Below are positions 32,261-41,877 of a stretch of DNA of 64,000 nt, piece after piece. The notes below the pieces were generated by a model. That model made no database searches, was not told where the DNA came from, and saw only the letters and a program-made list of their open reading frames with translations. Source of the stretch: a bacterium (GTDB lineage Bacteria; SM23-31). Every line of letters begins with the position of its first letter. Position 1 is the first letter of the stretch. Where the stretch lies: NCBI GenBank assembly GCA_965249485.1, contig OZ252239.1, forward strand, positions 896,001 to 960,000, in the 5' to 3' direction. A program made the position numbers and the translations under genes.

Positions 32261-33862
32261 ATGCGAAATATTACATTGCTTTTTGTACCAGCATTATTAT
32301 CGATGTTAGTGCTTTTCCCGCATACAGTATTGAGCCAGAGTCCTACCCCGGATAGAGGACAGGATGAGGGCATTGGTCCATTTGAAACGTTCGTTGTCCG
32401 CGGTGCAATACTTATAGATGGAACCGGTGCACCACCGAGAGGTCCGGTAGATATTGTGATCAAACGCAACCGGATCGAAAGCATCCTAAGTGCTGGTACG
32501 CCCGGTATCCCTTTGGAAGATGAACGTGAACCGCTTAATGCTGATTATGAACTCAATGTGGAAGGCATGTATGTCATGCCGGGCTTTGTCAATCTGCATA
32601 ATCATGCAGGAGGTCAGAAAGCCCCTGAAACCGAGTATGTCTATAAACTCTGGCTTGCGCACGGTATTACAACAGTGAGGGGGGTGGCTCTCGGAGGTAT
32701 GGAATGGACGTTGAACGAGCGGGAACGGAGTGCCCGAAACGAAATTTCTGCGCCGAGAATCGTTGCGTACCAACGTCCCGGGTCAGGCAATGAATGGAGT
32801 GAACGATCGATCCGGACTGGGGAAGATGCGCGTGAGTGGGTCCGTTACGCTGCCCGAAAAAGTATCGACGGCATGAAACTTGTCGCTTTCAGGCCGGAAA
32901 TAATGGCCGCGCTCCTTGATGAAGCACAAAAATTAAAACTCGGCTCTACGGCCCATCTTGCCCAGACCGGTGTGGCACAGATGAATGCTCTCGATGCTGC
33001 GCGGCTCGGTCTCGGTTCGTTAACGCATTTCTATGGACTCTTCGAAACGTTGTACAAAGACCATGACGTACAGCCCTGGCCGGCAGATATGAATTATAGT
33101 AACGAACAGTTCCGCTTCGCACAAGTTGCACGGCAGTGGGACCTTATTCATCCTCAGGGAAGCAAAGAGTGGGACGCTTTACTGCAGGAATTTCTTGATC
33201 TTGATTTTATTCTCGATCCGACAATGACCGCCTATCTGGCGAACAGAGATCTCATGCGCGCCCGAAATGCGGATTGGCATAAGAGCTATACGCTGCCGTC
33301 TCTTTGGGAATTCTACGAACCGAACCGTACAGACCACGGGTCATACTGGTACTACTGGACAACTTCGGATGAGATCGCATGGAAGAGCTTCTTTCGTATT
33401 TGGATGTCATTCTTGGATGATTATAAAGACATGGGAGGCCGCGTAACAGTCAGCGAGGATGCGGCCTATCTCTACAGCCAATGGGGATTTGCGACAATAG
33501 AAGAAATGGAACTCCTGCAGGAAGCGGGTTTCCATCCTTTAGAAGTGATCCGGAGTGCAACAATGTATGGAGCGGAAGCAATATTTGAACCGAAAGGCAG
33601 GCCGATCGAATATGGAGTAGTCCGTGAAGGTCTTCTGGCGGATCTGGTTGTAATCGATGAAAATCCTCTCGCAAACTTGAAAGTCCTGTATGGTACGGGT
33701 TGGCTGCGATTAAACGATGATACACGAAAAGTCGAAAGGGTTGGGGGAATTAATTATACGATAAAAGACGGTATCCTTTATGATGCAAAACAGCTGCTTG
33801 CGGATGTTGAAGAAATGGTCAAAAAAGCGAAAGAAGAAATGATCAACGGACAGGTTCCTTAA
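32261..33862 (+). CDS. Secreted amidohydrolase family protein
   Basis: Signal peptide, VMPGFVNLHNH (HxH), AGFHPLEVIRSAT, G.LADLVVIDENPL. Confidence 0.88.
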   Translation: MRNITLLFVPALLSMLVLFPHTVLSQSPTPDRGQDEGIGPFETFVVRGAILIDGTGAPPRGPVDIVIKRNRIESILSAGTPGIPLEDEREPLNADYELNVEGMYVMPGFVNLHNHAGGQKAPETEYVYKLWLAHGITTVRGVALGGMEWTLNERERSARNEISAPRIVAYQRPGSGNEWSERSIRTGEDAREWVRYAARKSIDGMKLVAFRPEIMAALLDEAQKLKLGSTAHLAQTGVAQMNALDAARLGLGSLTHFYGLFETLYKDHDVQPWPADMNYSNEQFRFAQVARQWDLIHPQGSKEWDALLQEFLDLDFILDPTMTAYLANRDLMRARNADWHKSYTLPSLWEFYEPNRTDHGSYWYYWTTSDEIAWKSFFRIWMSFLDDYKDMGGRVTVSEDAAYLYSQWGFATIEEMELLQEAGFHPLEVIRSATMYGAEAIFEPKGRPIEYGVVREGLLADLVVIDENPLANLKVLYGTGWLRLNDDTRKVERVGGINYTIKDGILYDAKQLLADVEEMVKKAKEEMINGQVP

Positions 33863-34037
33863 CATACATTACTATAGGTGTATATATTTATTGTTGGTCT
33901 CGTGCGATTAAAATATCTGTATAATCTTTTACAATCACGCTATTTTATTTATTAAGTGTGCGATAATATTTATATTATTTGTAAATTTTAGTCGTGCTCA
34001 GGCACTTTTTTGAAACCATAGCGTATTTTTTTTCAAT

Positions 34038-35324
34038 ATGAAAACTTCTCATAAAATAATTAATGGTGATTGTCGACAGATGAATTGTTTGTCCAACAAA
34101 TCTGTTCATTTAGTCATTACATCGCCACCTTATTGGCATTTAAAAGATTATGGCATAGAAAATCAAATTGGATTTCATGATAGTTATGAAAACTATATAA
34201 ACAACTTAAATTTGGTTTGGAAAGAGTGCCACAGAGTTTTATATCCTGGTTGTCGACTTTGTGTAAATATTGGAGACCAATTTGCTCGTTCTGTATATTA
34301 CGGTCGTTATAAAATCATCCCGATTAGAACAGAAATAATAAAATTTTGTGAAACAATAGGTTTCGATTACATGGGGGCTATTATTTGGCAGAAGGTGACC
34401 ACAACCAATACGACTGGCGGAGCGACTATAATGGGAAGTTATCCTTATCCTCGAAATGGAATATTAAAACTTGATTACGAGTTTATTCTTTTATTTAAAA
34501 AGCACGGCAAAGCACCGAAACCATTTGCTGAGCAAAAGAAATTATCTGAATTGAGCAAGGAAGAATGGGATACATATTTTTCAGGGCATTGGAATTTTTC
34601 AGGAGCAAAACAAAACAAACATCTTGCTATGTTTCCTGAAGAATTACCTGCTAGATTAATAAAAATGTTTGCTTTTATTGATGAAACAGTTTTAGATCCT
34701 TTCTTGGGGAGTGGAACAACTTCTCTTGCAGCGAAAAATTTAGGACGCAATTCAATCGGTTATGAAATCAATCAAGAATATATTCCTAAAATCAAAGAAA
34801 AACTCAACATGTTACAATTTGATATCGAAAAAACTGAATATATTTTCTTAAATGATAGTATAAAATCTGACTTGAATAAGGATATTAATGAACTTCCGTA
34901 TATATTTAAAGACTCACTTAAATTAGATAAAATTATTAATCCTAAAAAATTACAATTTGGTTCAAAAATTGATATAAACAGGAAAGAACGAGAAGAGTAT
35001 TATTCAGTGAAAGAAATCATTAGTCCTGAGTTAATAAAACTTAATAATGATTTGACTATTCGTTTGCTTGGTGTAAAAAATAAAGAAAGTAAAAATGTGG
35101 AGGCTATTCAGTTTCTTTCTGATAAGACTAAAGGGGAAAAGGTATTTTTAAAATACGATGATATAAAGTATGATAAAAATAGCAATTTGCTTTGTTATTT
35201 ATATTTGAAAAATAAGACATTCATTAATTCTCATTTAATAAAAGAAGGACTGGCAGAAGTTAATCAATCTGTAGATTTTAAATACAAAGACAAATTTCAA
35301 AAGTTGGCGATAAATAGGCGATAA
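34038..35324 (+). CDS. DNA amino-methyltransferase (beta class, probably m4C) with a C-terminal thermonuclease-like domain
   Basis: Catalytic TSPPY precedes SAM-binding DPFLGSGTT; the C-terminal ~110 aa follow the SNase pattern (TIRLLGV...KVFLKYD...LLCYLYL...FINSHLIKEGLAEV); visibly AT-rich. Confidence 0.88.
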   Translation: MKTSHKIINGDCRQMNCLSNKSVHLVITSPPYWHLKDYGIENQIGFHDSYENYINNLNLVWKECHRVLYPGCRLCVNIGDQFARSVYYGRYKIIPIRTEIIKFCETIGFDYMGAIIWQKVTTTNTTGGATIMGSYPYPRNGILKLDYEFILLFKKHGKAPKPFAEQKKLSELSKEEWDTYFSGHWNFSGAKQNKHLAMFPEELPARLIKMFAFIDETVLDPFLGSGTTSLAAKNLGRNSIGYEINQEYIPKIKEKLNMLQFDIEKTEYIFLNDSIKSDLNKDINELPYIFKDSLKLDKIINPKKLQFGSKIDINRKEREEYYSVKEIISPELIKLNNDLTIRLLGVKNKESKNVEAIQFLSDKTKGEKVFLKYDDIKYDKNSNLLCYLYLKNKTFINSHLIKEGLAEVNQSVDFKYKDKFQKLAINRR

Positions 35325-35327
35325 ATA

Positions 35328-35969
35328 ATGGCTAAAGAATGGATATTGAATAGCTCAATGAACCGATTCCAATTGAATTTCAAACGGAATGTTGGTCCAA
35401 CTTCTGAAAATATACGAATGTGTGCTCCAGCGACTATTGAAGAATGGCGAGAATATTATTTTGAAAGTGTTAGACCTAAAGAGCATATTGAAGATCTTGG
35501 CAGGAAATTATATATTAAGATTACAGAAGTTATTTCAGCTGAAGTAGAAAAAATTACCGAACAGGATTGCATAAATTATATGATGCAATTAGTTATTGAC
35601 CGGACATTCGATGGTTATATGACAGAAATTAAAACAATTTATGGCAAGCTTCAAAAACTACTTGGTATAAAAATCGAACCTGCGCCTGACGAGTGGGATA
35701 GACTGTACAACGTAGACTTCTATATTAAAATTAATGAAAAGTTTGTCGGAATACAAATAAAACCAGTAAATCAAGGTATTCAGCTACCTCAGATATTTAA
35801 AGAAAAGGAGATTCAACGTAAATCTCATGAAAAGTTTAAAGATCGATTTGGCGGCAAGGTATTTTATGTCTTTTCTTCTAAAAAAGAAGACAAAAAAGAA
35901 ATTATTAATAAAGAAGTGGTTAGTGAGATATTACAAGAGATTGATCGATTAATATTAGATAACGATTAA
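35328..35969 (+). CDS. MjaI-family type II restriction endonuclease
   Basis: NVGPTSE.IR...EEWREYY, LVIDRTFDGY, APDEWDRLYNVDFYI...GIQIKP (PD-(D/E)xK variant); starts 3 bp after the methyltransferase. Confidence 0.82.
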   Translation: MAKEWILNSSMNRFQLNFKRNVGPTSENIRMCAPATIEEWREYYFESVRPKEHIEDLGRKLYIKITEVISAEVEKITEQDCINYMMQLVIDRTFDGYMTEIKTIYGKLQKLLGIKIEPAPDEWDRLYNVDFYIKINEKFVGIQIKPVNQGIQLPQIFKEKEIQRKSHEKFKDRFGGKVFYVFSSKKEDKKEIINKEVVSEILQEIDRLILDND

Positions 35970-36090
35970 TTCCCTCTTGTTTAACCAAGTATACAATCAC
36001 GTAACCTTTAGTTACGATAGCGATACGTTAAAAATAACGTGAGAATCAAATCAAGAAAGTACTAAAAATTTTCATAAACCATGAGGATAT

Positions 36091-37461
36091 ATGACGACAC
36101 AGAATAACCGCGGCGGTTGGAGTTCCAGTTTGGGATTTATCCTGGCATCGGCAGGTTCGGCAATTGGTCTTGGCAATATTTGGCGTTTCCCCTATATGGT
36201 TGGTCAGAATGGCGGCGCAGCATTTGTCGTAGTGTATCTCATCTGTATTTTCCTCATCGGCTTTCCTATTATGGTGGCAGAATTGACACTCGGTAGGTCG
36301 GCACATAAGAATCCGGTTGGTGTGTTTAAAGAGCGGGCTGTTGGGACACCATGGAAGTTTCTCGGTTACATAATGGTTGTGGTCGTAATGGTTGTTTTTT
36401 CATGGTACAGTGTTGTTGCTGGGTGGATTGTCGGCTATTTTTATAAAACAGTAGTTGGAACGTTTAGTAACCTTTCCGGTCCCCGTGAAACGCAGGAAAT
36501 TTTCGCACAATTTGTTGGAAATCCGGTACCTATCATGCTGCTGACACTTCTCTTTATTGCAATGACCGGATACGTTGTACTCGGAGGAGTTAGAAGTGGC
36601 ATCGAACGATTGTCCCGTGTCTTGATGCCGGTATTGCTTGTCATATTAATTCTTCTTGCAATCCGGTCGGTAACACTTCCGGGTGCGTCCGAAGGAATTG
36701 CTTACTATTTGAAACCAGATTTTTCAAAACTGAACGGCGGTGTTATAGCGGCAGCTATGGGGCAGGCATTTTTGTCGCTGAGTGTTGGCGCGGGTACTGT
36801 TATGACTTACGGCAGCTATCTTTCCAAACGTGATAATATTCCAGTTTCATCAACCTGGATCTGCTTTCTCGACACCGGTATCGCTCTACTGGCGGGATTT
36901 ATTATTCTGCCGGCAGTTGCCGCACTCGGACAGGAGTACACCGCTGGTCCAGGATTAATCTTCCAGGTTCTCCCTTCGGTTTTTGGTGTTATGCCGCTCG
37001 GACAACTTTTTGGAGTCGGACTTTTTCTGCTCCTTATTATTGCAGCACTCACCTCAACTGTATCCATGCTCGAAGTACCCGTGGCTTATTTTGTTGATGA
37101 ACGCAAGTGGACCAGAAAAAAAGCAGTTATATCCATGGTCGTACTTTCGTTTGTGATGAGTACACCCGCAGCACTGTCTGCAGGTGCAAGTGATTTTTTC
37201 TCAAAACTGCCGGGTATCGGCATGGATTATCTCTCATTTATCAGCGCAATTTCCGGTGATATTTTTATGGTCATGAGTGCATTCCTGATGACTTTGTTCA
37301 TCGGATATAAATGGACCGTCAAAAGTGCAATTGGAGAGTTGACGCTGCACAATATCCACTTTCCATTGAGTCAGGTATGGGGATTTTTACTGCGCTTTAT
37401 TATCCCGGTTTTTATATTGATCATCTTATGGTTTTCAATAAAAAACAATTTCTTTTCTTAA
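36091..37461 (+). CDS. Sodium-dependent transporter, NSS/SNF family
   Basis: GSAIGLGNIWRFPY, NGGAAF, GQAFLSLSVG, TYGSY, AALTSTVSMLE. Confidence 0.94.
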   Translation: MTTQNNRGGWSSSLGFILASAGSAIGLGNIWRFPYMVGQNGGAAFVVVYLICIFLIGFPIMVAELTLGRSAHKNPVGVFKERAVGTPWKFLGYIMVVVVMVVFSWYSVVAGWIVGYFYKTVVGTFSNLSGPRETQEIFAQFVGNPVPIMLLTLLFIAMTGYVVLGGVRSGIERLSRVLMPVLLVILILLAIRSVTLPGASEGIAYYLKPDFSKLNGGVIAAAMGQAFLSLSVGAGTVMTYGSYLSKRDNIPVSSTWICFLDTGIALLAGFIILPAVAALGQEYTAGPGLIFQVLPSVFGVMPLGQLFGVGLFLLLIIAALTSTVSMLEVPVAYFVDERKWTRKKAVISMVVLSFVMSTPAALSAGASDFFSKLPGIGMDYLSFISAISGDIFMVMSAFLMTLFIGYKWTVKSAIGELTLHNIHFPLSQVWGFLLRFIIPVFILIILWFSIKNNFFS

Positions 37462-37487
37462 GCTTCAATTGTAAAAATTAAAATCAA

Positions 37488-38453
37488 GTGAATGTATTTA
37501 CAGTGATGAACAAAATCGAAAATCTTTCTGTTTTGACCGGAACGGTCTGTTCAATTCGATTGTATATATTGTGCTTAACGAGCCTTGCAGTATTATCTTT
37601 GTTTTCATGCAGCGAAAAATCTCAATTTGATTTTCTGACGTGGCAGGAAATTGCTGCTCTGCCTGTAAGTCCTGCTGACTACCGTATTCAGTATGGCGCC
37701 GGTAAATTACAGTTTGGAGATCTGCGTTTGCCGGAAGGTTCCGGATTACATCCTCTCGTGGTTGTCATTCATGGTGGGTGCTGGCTCAATGCGTTCGACC
37801 TTGAGTATGCCGGAAATCTCTGTGCGGCATTTTCCGGAGAAGGGATCGCGACCTGGAGTCTCGAATATCGACGTGTTGGTGATATCGGTGGTGGATGGCC
37901 GGGAACTTTTGAAGATGTAGCCCAAGGTTTAGACTACGTTCAGGAATTAGCAAAGATGTACCCGATCGATGTAAACCGGGTGATTACACTCGGTCACTCT
38001 GCCGGCGGACATCTTGCACTCTGGTTGGCCGCACGAGAAAAGCTGTCTCAGGATAGTCCTTTCTATACACCGGAACCATTCCGGATACAAGGTGTCGTTT
38101 CACTTGCAGGTATTACAGATATAAAAACATACAGTGCCGGTCCGAGTGACTGCAATCAAGCGGCTCTCCATCTGCTTGGTGGAACAGTTGCAGATGTAAA
38201 AGACCGGTATGACCTGACAAATCCTCTTGATCTGCTTCCTTTTGGAATTGCACAGCGATTGATTCACGGTTATCATGATGAGATAGTTTCTCCGGATCAA
38301 GCTCGATCGTATGTCGAGCATGCTCAAAAAGTTGGAGATAACGCTGAACTTATTATGATTGAAAATGCAGCTCATTTTGAACTCATTGCTCCACACATTT
38401 CAGCGTTTTCAGTAGTAAAACAAGTTGTGTTGGAATTGCTGAATATTGATTAG
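37488..38453 (+). CDS. Alpha/beta hydrolase (esterase/lipase), probable lipoprotein
   Basis: HGGCW oxyanion motif, GHSAGG nucleophile, HG..D, AHFELI; LFSC lipobox; start codon uncertain. Confidence 0.88.
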   Translation: MNVFTVMNKIENLSVLTGTVCSIRLYILCLTSLAVLSLFSCSEKSQFDFLTWQEIAALPVSPADYRIQYGAGKLQFGDLRLPEGSGLHPLVVVIHGGCWLNAFDLEYAGNLCAAFSGEGIATWSLEYRRVGDIGGGWPGTFEDVAQGLDYVQELAKMYPIDVNRVITLGHSAGGHLALWLAAREKLSQDSPFYTPEPFRIQGVVSLAGITDIKTYSAGPSDCNQAALHLLGGTVADVKDRYDLTNPLDLLPFGIAQRLIHGYHDEIVSPDQARSYVEHAQKVGDNAELIMIENAAHFELIAPHISAFSVVKQVVLELLNID

Positions 38454-38552
38454 TATCCATTTCTTTTCCTAAACACTTGATTCAAAACTGCAATTATCCT
38501 ACTCTATATAAGATATAAAAATAACGGATGTCTCAATACTACCCTGAATAGA

Positions 38553-39479
38553 ATGGTCCTCCATAAAGAAACACCTCTCATTAAATCCTCGCAGCTCCGG
38601 AAACAAACTGGCAAAAAAGTGTTCTTAAAAATGGAAAATCGGCAGCCGACCGGGTCGTTCAAAATCCGCGGCATCGGCCACTATTGTTCGGAGCTTGCTT
38701 CATCAGGCGTGTCCCGGTTTATCTCCTCATCGGGTGGAAATGCCGGCTATGCCGTTGCTTACGCGGGGAAAGTGCTGAATGTAAACGTTACGGTAGCCGT
38801 TCCCGAAACCACACCGAAATTTGTGCAGAACCGGATTCGTGAATGTGGTGCAGATGTTGAGATACACGGTACGGTCTGGGATGAAACGGACGAATACGCA
38901 AAAACATTGGCTCGTGATCTGGATGGAGCGTATATTTCTCCATTTGACCATCCGTCGATATGGAAAGGACATGCAACTATAATTGATGAAATAGTACAAC
39001 AAACCGAAAAACCGGATGTTGTGGTTCTCTCTGTCGGTGGGGGTGGCTTGCTCTGTGGTGCGATTGAAGGTTTACAACGGAATGACTGGAGCGATGTCCC
39101 GGTCATTGCAGTCGAAACAGAAGGCACTGCTTCGTTTGCTGCATCGGCATCAGCAGGTACGCTTGTGACACTTGACCGGATCGATTCTATTGCTTCAAGT
39201 CTCGGAGCCAAACAGGTGACACACAAAGCGCTCGATCATTACAATACACTTGACATTACACCACATATTGTCTCCGACCGGGATACCGTCAAAGCCTGTC
39301 TTGCATTCCTGGATGATAACAATGTCCTGGTCGAGCCGGCCTGTGGTGCCGCATTGTCGGTCGTGTATTCAAATTCAGACGTGATCTGCGATGCACAGAC
39401 GGTCATGGTCATTGTCTGCGGCGGTATAGGTGTTACTTCTGAGAAACTCCGGGAGTGGGATGAATCACTCCCTTCATAA
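38553..39479 (+). CDS. PLP-dependent L-serine dehydratase, eukaryotic SDS-like
   Basis: KMENRQPTGSFKIRGIG, SSSGGNAG, SVGGGGLLCG, VEPACGAAL, IVCGG. Confidence 0.85.
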   Translation: MVLHKETPLIKSSQLRKQTGKKVFLKMENRQPTGSFKIRGIGHYCSELASSGVSRFISSSGGNAGYAVAYAGKVLNVNVTVAVPETTPKFVQNRIRECGADVEIHGTVWDETDEYAKTLARDLDGAYISPFDHPSIWKGHATIIDEIVQQTEKPDVVVLSVGGGGLLCGAIEGLQRNDWSDVPVIAVETEGTASFAASASAGTLVTLDRIDSIASSLGAKQVTHKALDHYNTLDITPHIVSDRDTVKACLAFLDDNNVLVEPACGAALSVVYSNSDVICDAQTVMVIVCGGIGVTSEKLREWDESLPS

Positions 39480-39484
39480 GAATG

Positions 39485-40684
39485 TCAGTCTTCCATCCGT
39501 TCTATTGATACTACTTTCGGAAATACCGATCCTGTAATCCCCACCATCGGCTCGGTAGTCAGCCAGACACGCTCTCCTTCAATAATTTTCGTATCGATCT
39601 CATCAACCGATTGCACGTCTTTCAGTTCAGGTTTTATCTCGGTAATGATGCTGAAAAGTTCGGATTCAAAGGTAAAAACAGTGCTGGTCATGAAACAGAG
39701 CGATTTTCCGGCATGTTCATTCTCGTCGGTAATAGTAAAAGCAATTTTAATCGCCTCGCCGCCCGGTGCTTGAGACTCTGTAATAAATCGAACTGTTGCG
39801 GGATACCGGCCTTCCGGAGGAAAATAATTTTCTTCCTGCACTTTTATTTCTAATCGTATTTCCTCGATTGGAAATGTCTTTGCCTGATAGCTTCCGTCAG
39901 GAAGCACGGTCGGGATTGAGTACTGCGGATCGGTCAACAGGGCGTACACAGTCGGATCGCCATCTCTCACTTTTTCTTTCGTGTTCAGCGGCCATTCATT
40001 GCTCATTTGCTCAGCCCTTCCGGGAAGATTTTGTGCACCCAAAATCGATGTAATCGTCCAGTACATGTACTCGTCGATCTGACAGCCATACCTGCATGAT
40101 TCATCGTAGTAGTTATACCAGGAATCTTCGGGATACTGCTCGGGAGCATCCTTATAGTGTCCGCCTCTCGCTAAGTCCACTGCTGCAGCCACTTTTGAGC
40201 CAGGTACGGGCGCAAATACCAATGGATATGCATTGCCCCATCCGTGACGTGTCAAGAGGTGGAGAGTCTCTTCCCATAAACCGTCGAATATCCTGTTTTC
40301 GATAGCATTAGGACGTGCTTCGTTAGCGAAGTTATCGTGATAGACACCGTCGGGAAACGCGTAATGCAAGTCTTCATGGATCGCTTCCCATTCGTCTCCG
40401 GAATCCTTCGTCATAATAAGAATAGCTTTTTTCTCGACCAGCGCATTCACAACACTCTGGTCGTCAGGTATCCCGTCTTCATCATTATCAAGATATTCTG
40501 CAAGAACATTCGCAGCGTGTAGTAATTTTTCGTCGGGAGCGGTCGGAGTAGCATAGAGATGAATGCCAAACACATCCACCTGCTTCGTAAACACCGGGAC
40601 TTCCGGTTTTTCCGTGTTGACTGTTGTGCAGCTAATCAACACTAAGTACGATAATCCTAACAGTGCGATCAGTAATCTCTTCAT
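39485..40684 (-). CDS. Hypothetical lipoprotein with a zincin-like motif and an extra C-terminal domain
   Basis: Start MKRLLIALL...LISC (lipobox; SD GGAG); WEETLHLL and QIDEYMYW motifs. Confidence 0.6.
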   Translation of the reverse strand: MKRLLIALLGLSYLVLISCTTVNTEKPEVPVFTKQVDVFGIHLYATPTAPDEKLLHAANVLAEYLDNDEDGIPDDQSVVNALVEKKAILIMTKDSGDEWEAIHEDLHYAFPDGVYHDNFANEARPNAIENRIFDGLWEETLHLLTRHGWGNAYPLVFAPVPGSKVAAAVDLARGGHYKDAPEQYPEDSWYNYYDESCRYGCQIDEYMYWTITSILGAQNLPGRAEQMSNEWPLNTKEKVRDGDPTVYALLTDPQYSIPTVLPDGSYQAKTFPIEEIRLEIKVQEENYFPPEGRYPATVRFITESQAPGGEAIKIAFTITDENEHAGKSLCFMTSTVFTFESELFSIITEIKPELKDVQSVDEIDTKIIEGERVWLTTEPMVGITGSVFPKVVSIERMED

Positions 40685-40759
40685 CAAGATCTCCGTTACC
40701 CGGTAATGATTATTGATGGTAATACATGAAAACGAGTAAAATGTCAGCAAAAACATTTA

Positions 40760-41833
40760 TTATTCAAGAACCTTTGCCATATTCCAAAGTGAAGTGTTGT
40801 GAAAATCTGCCACAAAGCTGCCGGGTGGGACCAGCTCATCGCATGTGGCGCGGACCTCATCACTGAGTGACATGTCCAATACTGGTAGAAGGTTCTCCAG
40901 ATGTTTGATGGTCCGGCACCCTATGAGGGGAGCTGTAATTCCCGGCTGGTCTTTGACCCACAACAGTGCTAGTTGTGCGGCAGGGATTCCAACTTTTTCA
41001 GCAAGTTTCAAAAACTCTTTGCTGACTGCAATTCCCCTCTCGCTGATACGTTTTGTATAAAAGCCTCCTCGTTTGACGGCACGTGAATCTTTCGGAAAGT
41101 CACTCGTGCTTTTATATCGACCAGCCAAAATTCCCATTGCAAGCGGACTCCAGGTTATGAGTCCGACTCCGTACTTTTGCGCAATTGGTATGAGTTCATT
41201 CTCGATGCGGCGGTCAAGCAGATTATACGGCGGCTGCTCTGTTGCTATACGGACATAATTCTTCAATTCACTGAACATGATCGCTTCCATCACCACCCAT
41301 GCAGGATGGGTTGAAAAACCGACATATCGTATCTTGCCCTGCCGTACAAGATCGGTCAGTGCGTTGAGTGTTTCATCGATCGGTATATTCGGTGTATACC
41401 TGTGGAGCTGGAATAGATCGATATAATCTGTCTGGAGACGCTTCAGAGCTTGTTCACACACCCGGATAATATTTGAACGAGAATGGCCGAATTCATTCGG
41501 ACCGATTGCGTCGAGTTCAATATTAGGTCGTATATTGTATGTCGATTTGTACTCATCGAGCGAAACGCCAATCCGCTTTCTAGCGTGGTCTACTTTTGTT
41601 GCGATAAAAATCCGGTGCCGCAATTTGTTTTCTTTGAGGGTTCTACCAATTATGCGCTCACTTTCACCCTCACAATAGGTATCTCCAGAATCCAATAGAT
41701 TGATACCCGCGTCGAGTGCACGGTTAATAATCTTGTTCGCTTCTTTTTCAGATGTAGCATCTCCGAAATTATCACTACCGAGTCCCATTGGAGAAACATT
41801 GATTCCGGTCCGTCCCAGCTGTCTGTATTTCAT
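40760..41833 (-). CDS. Aldo/keto reductase
   Basis: YRQLGRTG, D...Y..GESE, IATK, LKRLQTDYIDLFQLH, GKIRYVG, QPPYNLLDR, WSPLAMG. Confidence 0.94.
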   Translation of the reverse strand: MKYRQLGRTGINVSPMGLGSDNFGDATSEKEANKIINRALDAGINLLDSGDTYCEGESERIIGRTLKENKLRHRIFIATKVDHARKRIGVSLDEYKSTYNIRPNIELDAIGPNEFGHSRSNIIRVCEQALKRLQTDYIDLFQLHRYTPNIPIDETLNALTDLVRQGKIRYVGFSTHPAWVVMEAIMFSELKNYVRIATEQPPYNLLDRRIENELIPIAQKYGVGLITWSPLAMGILAGRYKSTSDFPKDSRAVKRGGFYTKRISERGIAVSKEFLKLAEKVGIPAAQLALLWVKDQPGITAPLIGCRTIKHLENLLPVLDMSLSDEVRATCDELVPPGSFVADFHNTSLWNMAKVLE

Positions 41834-41877
41834 CGTTCACCTTTCGATGTAACTATAGTTAATCAATATACATTTCA

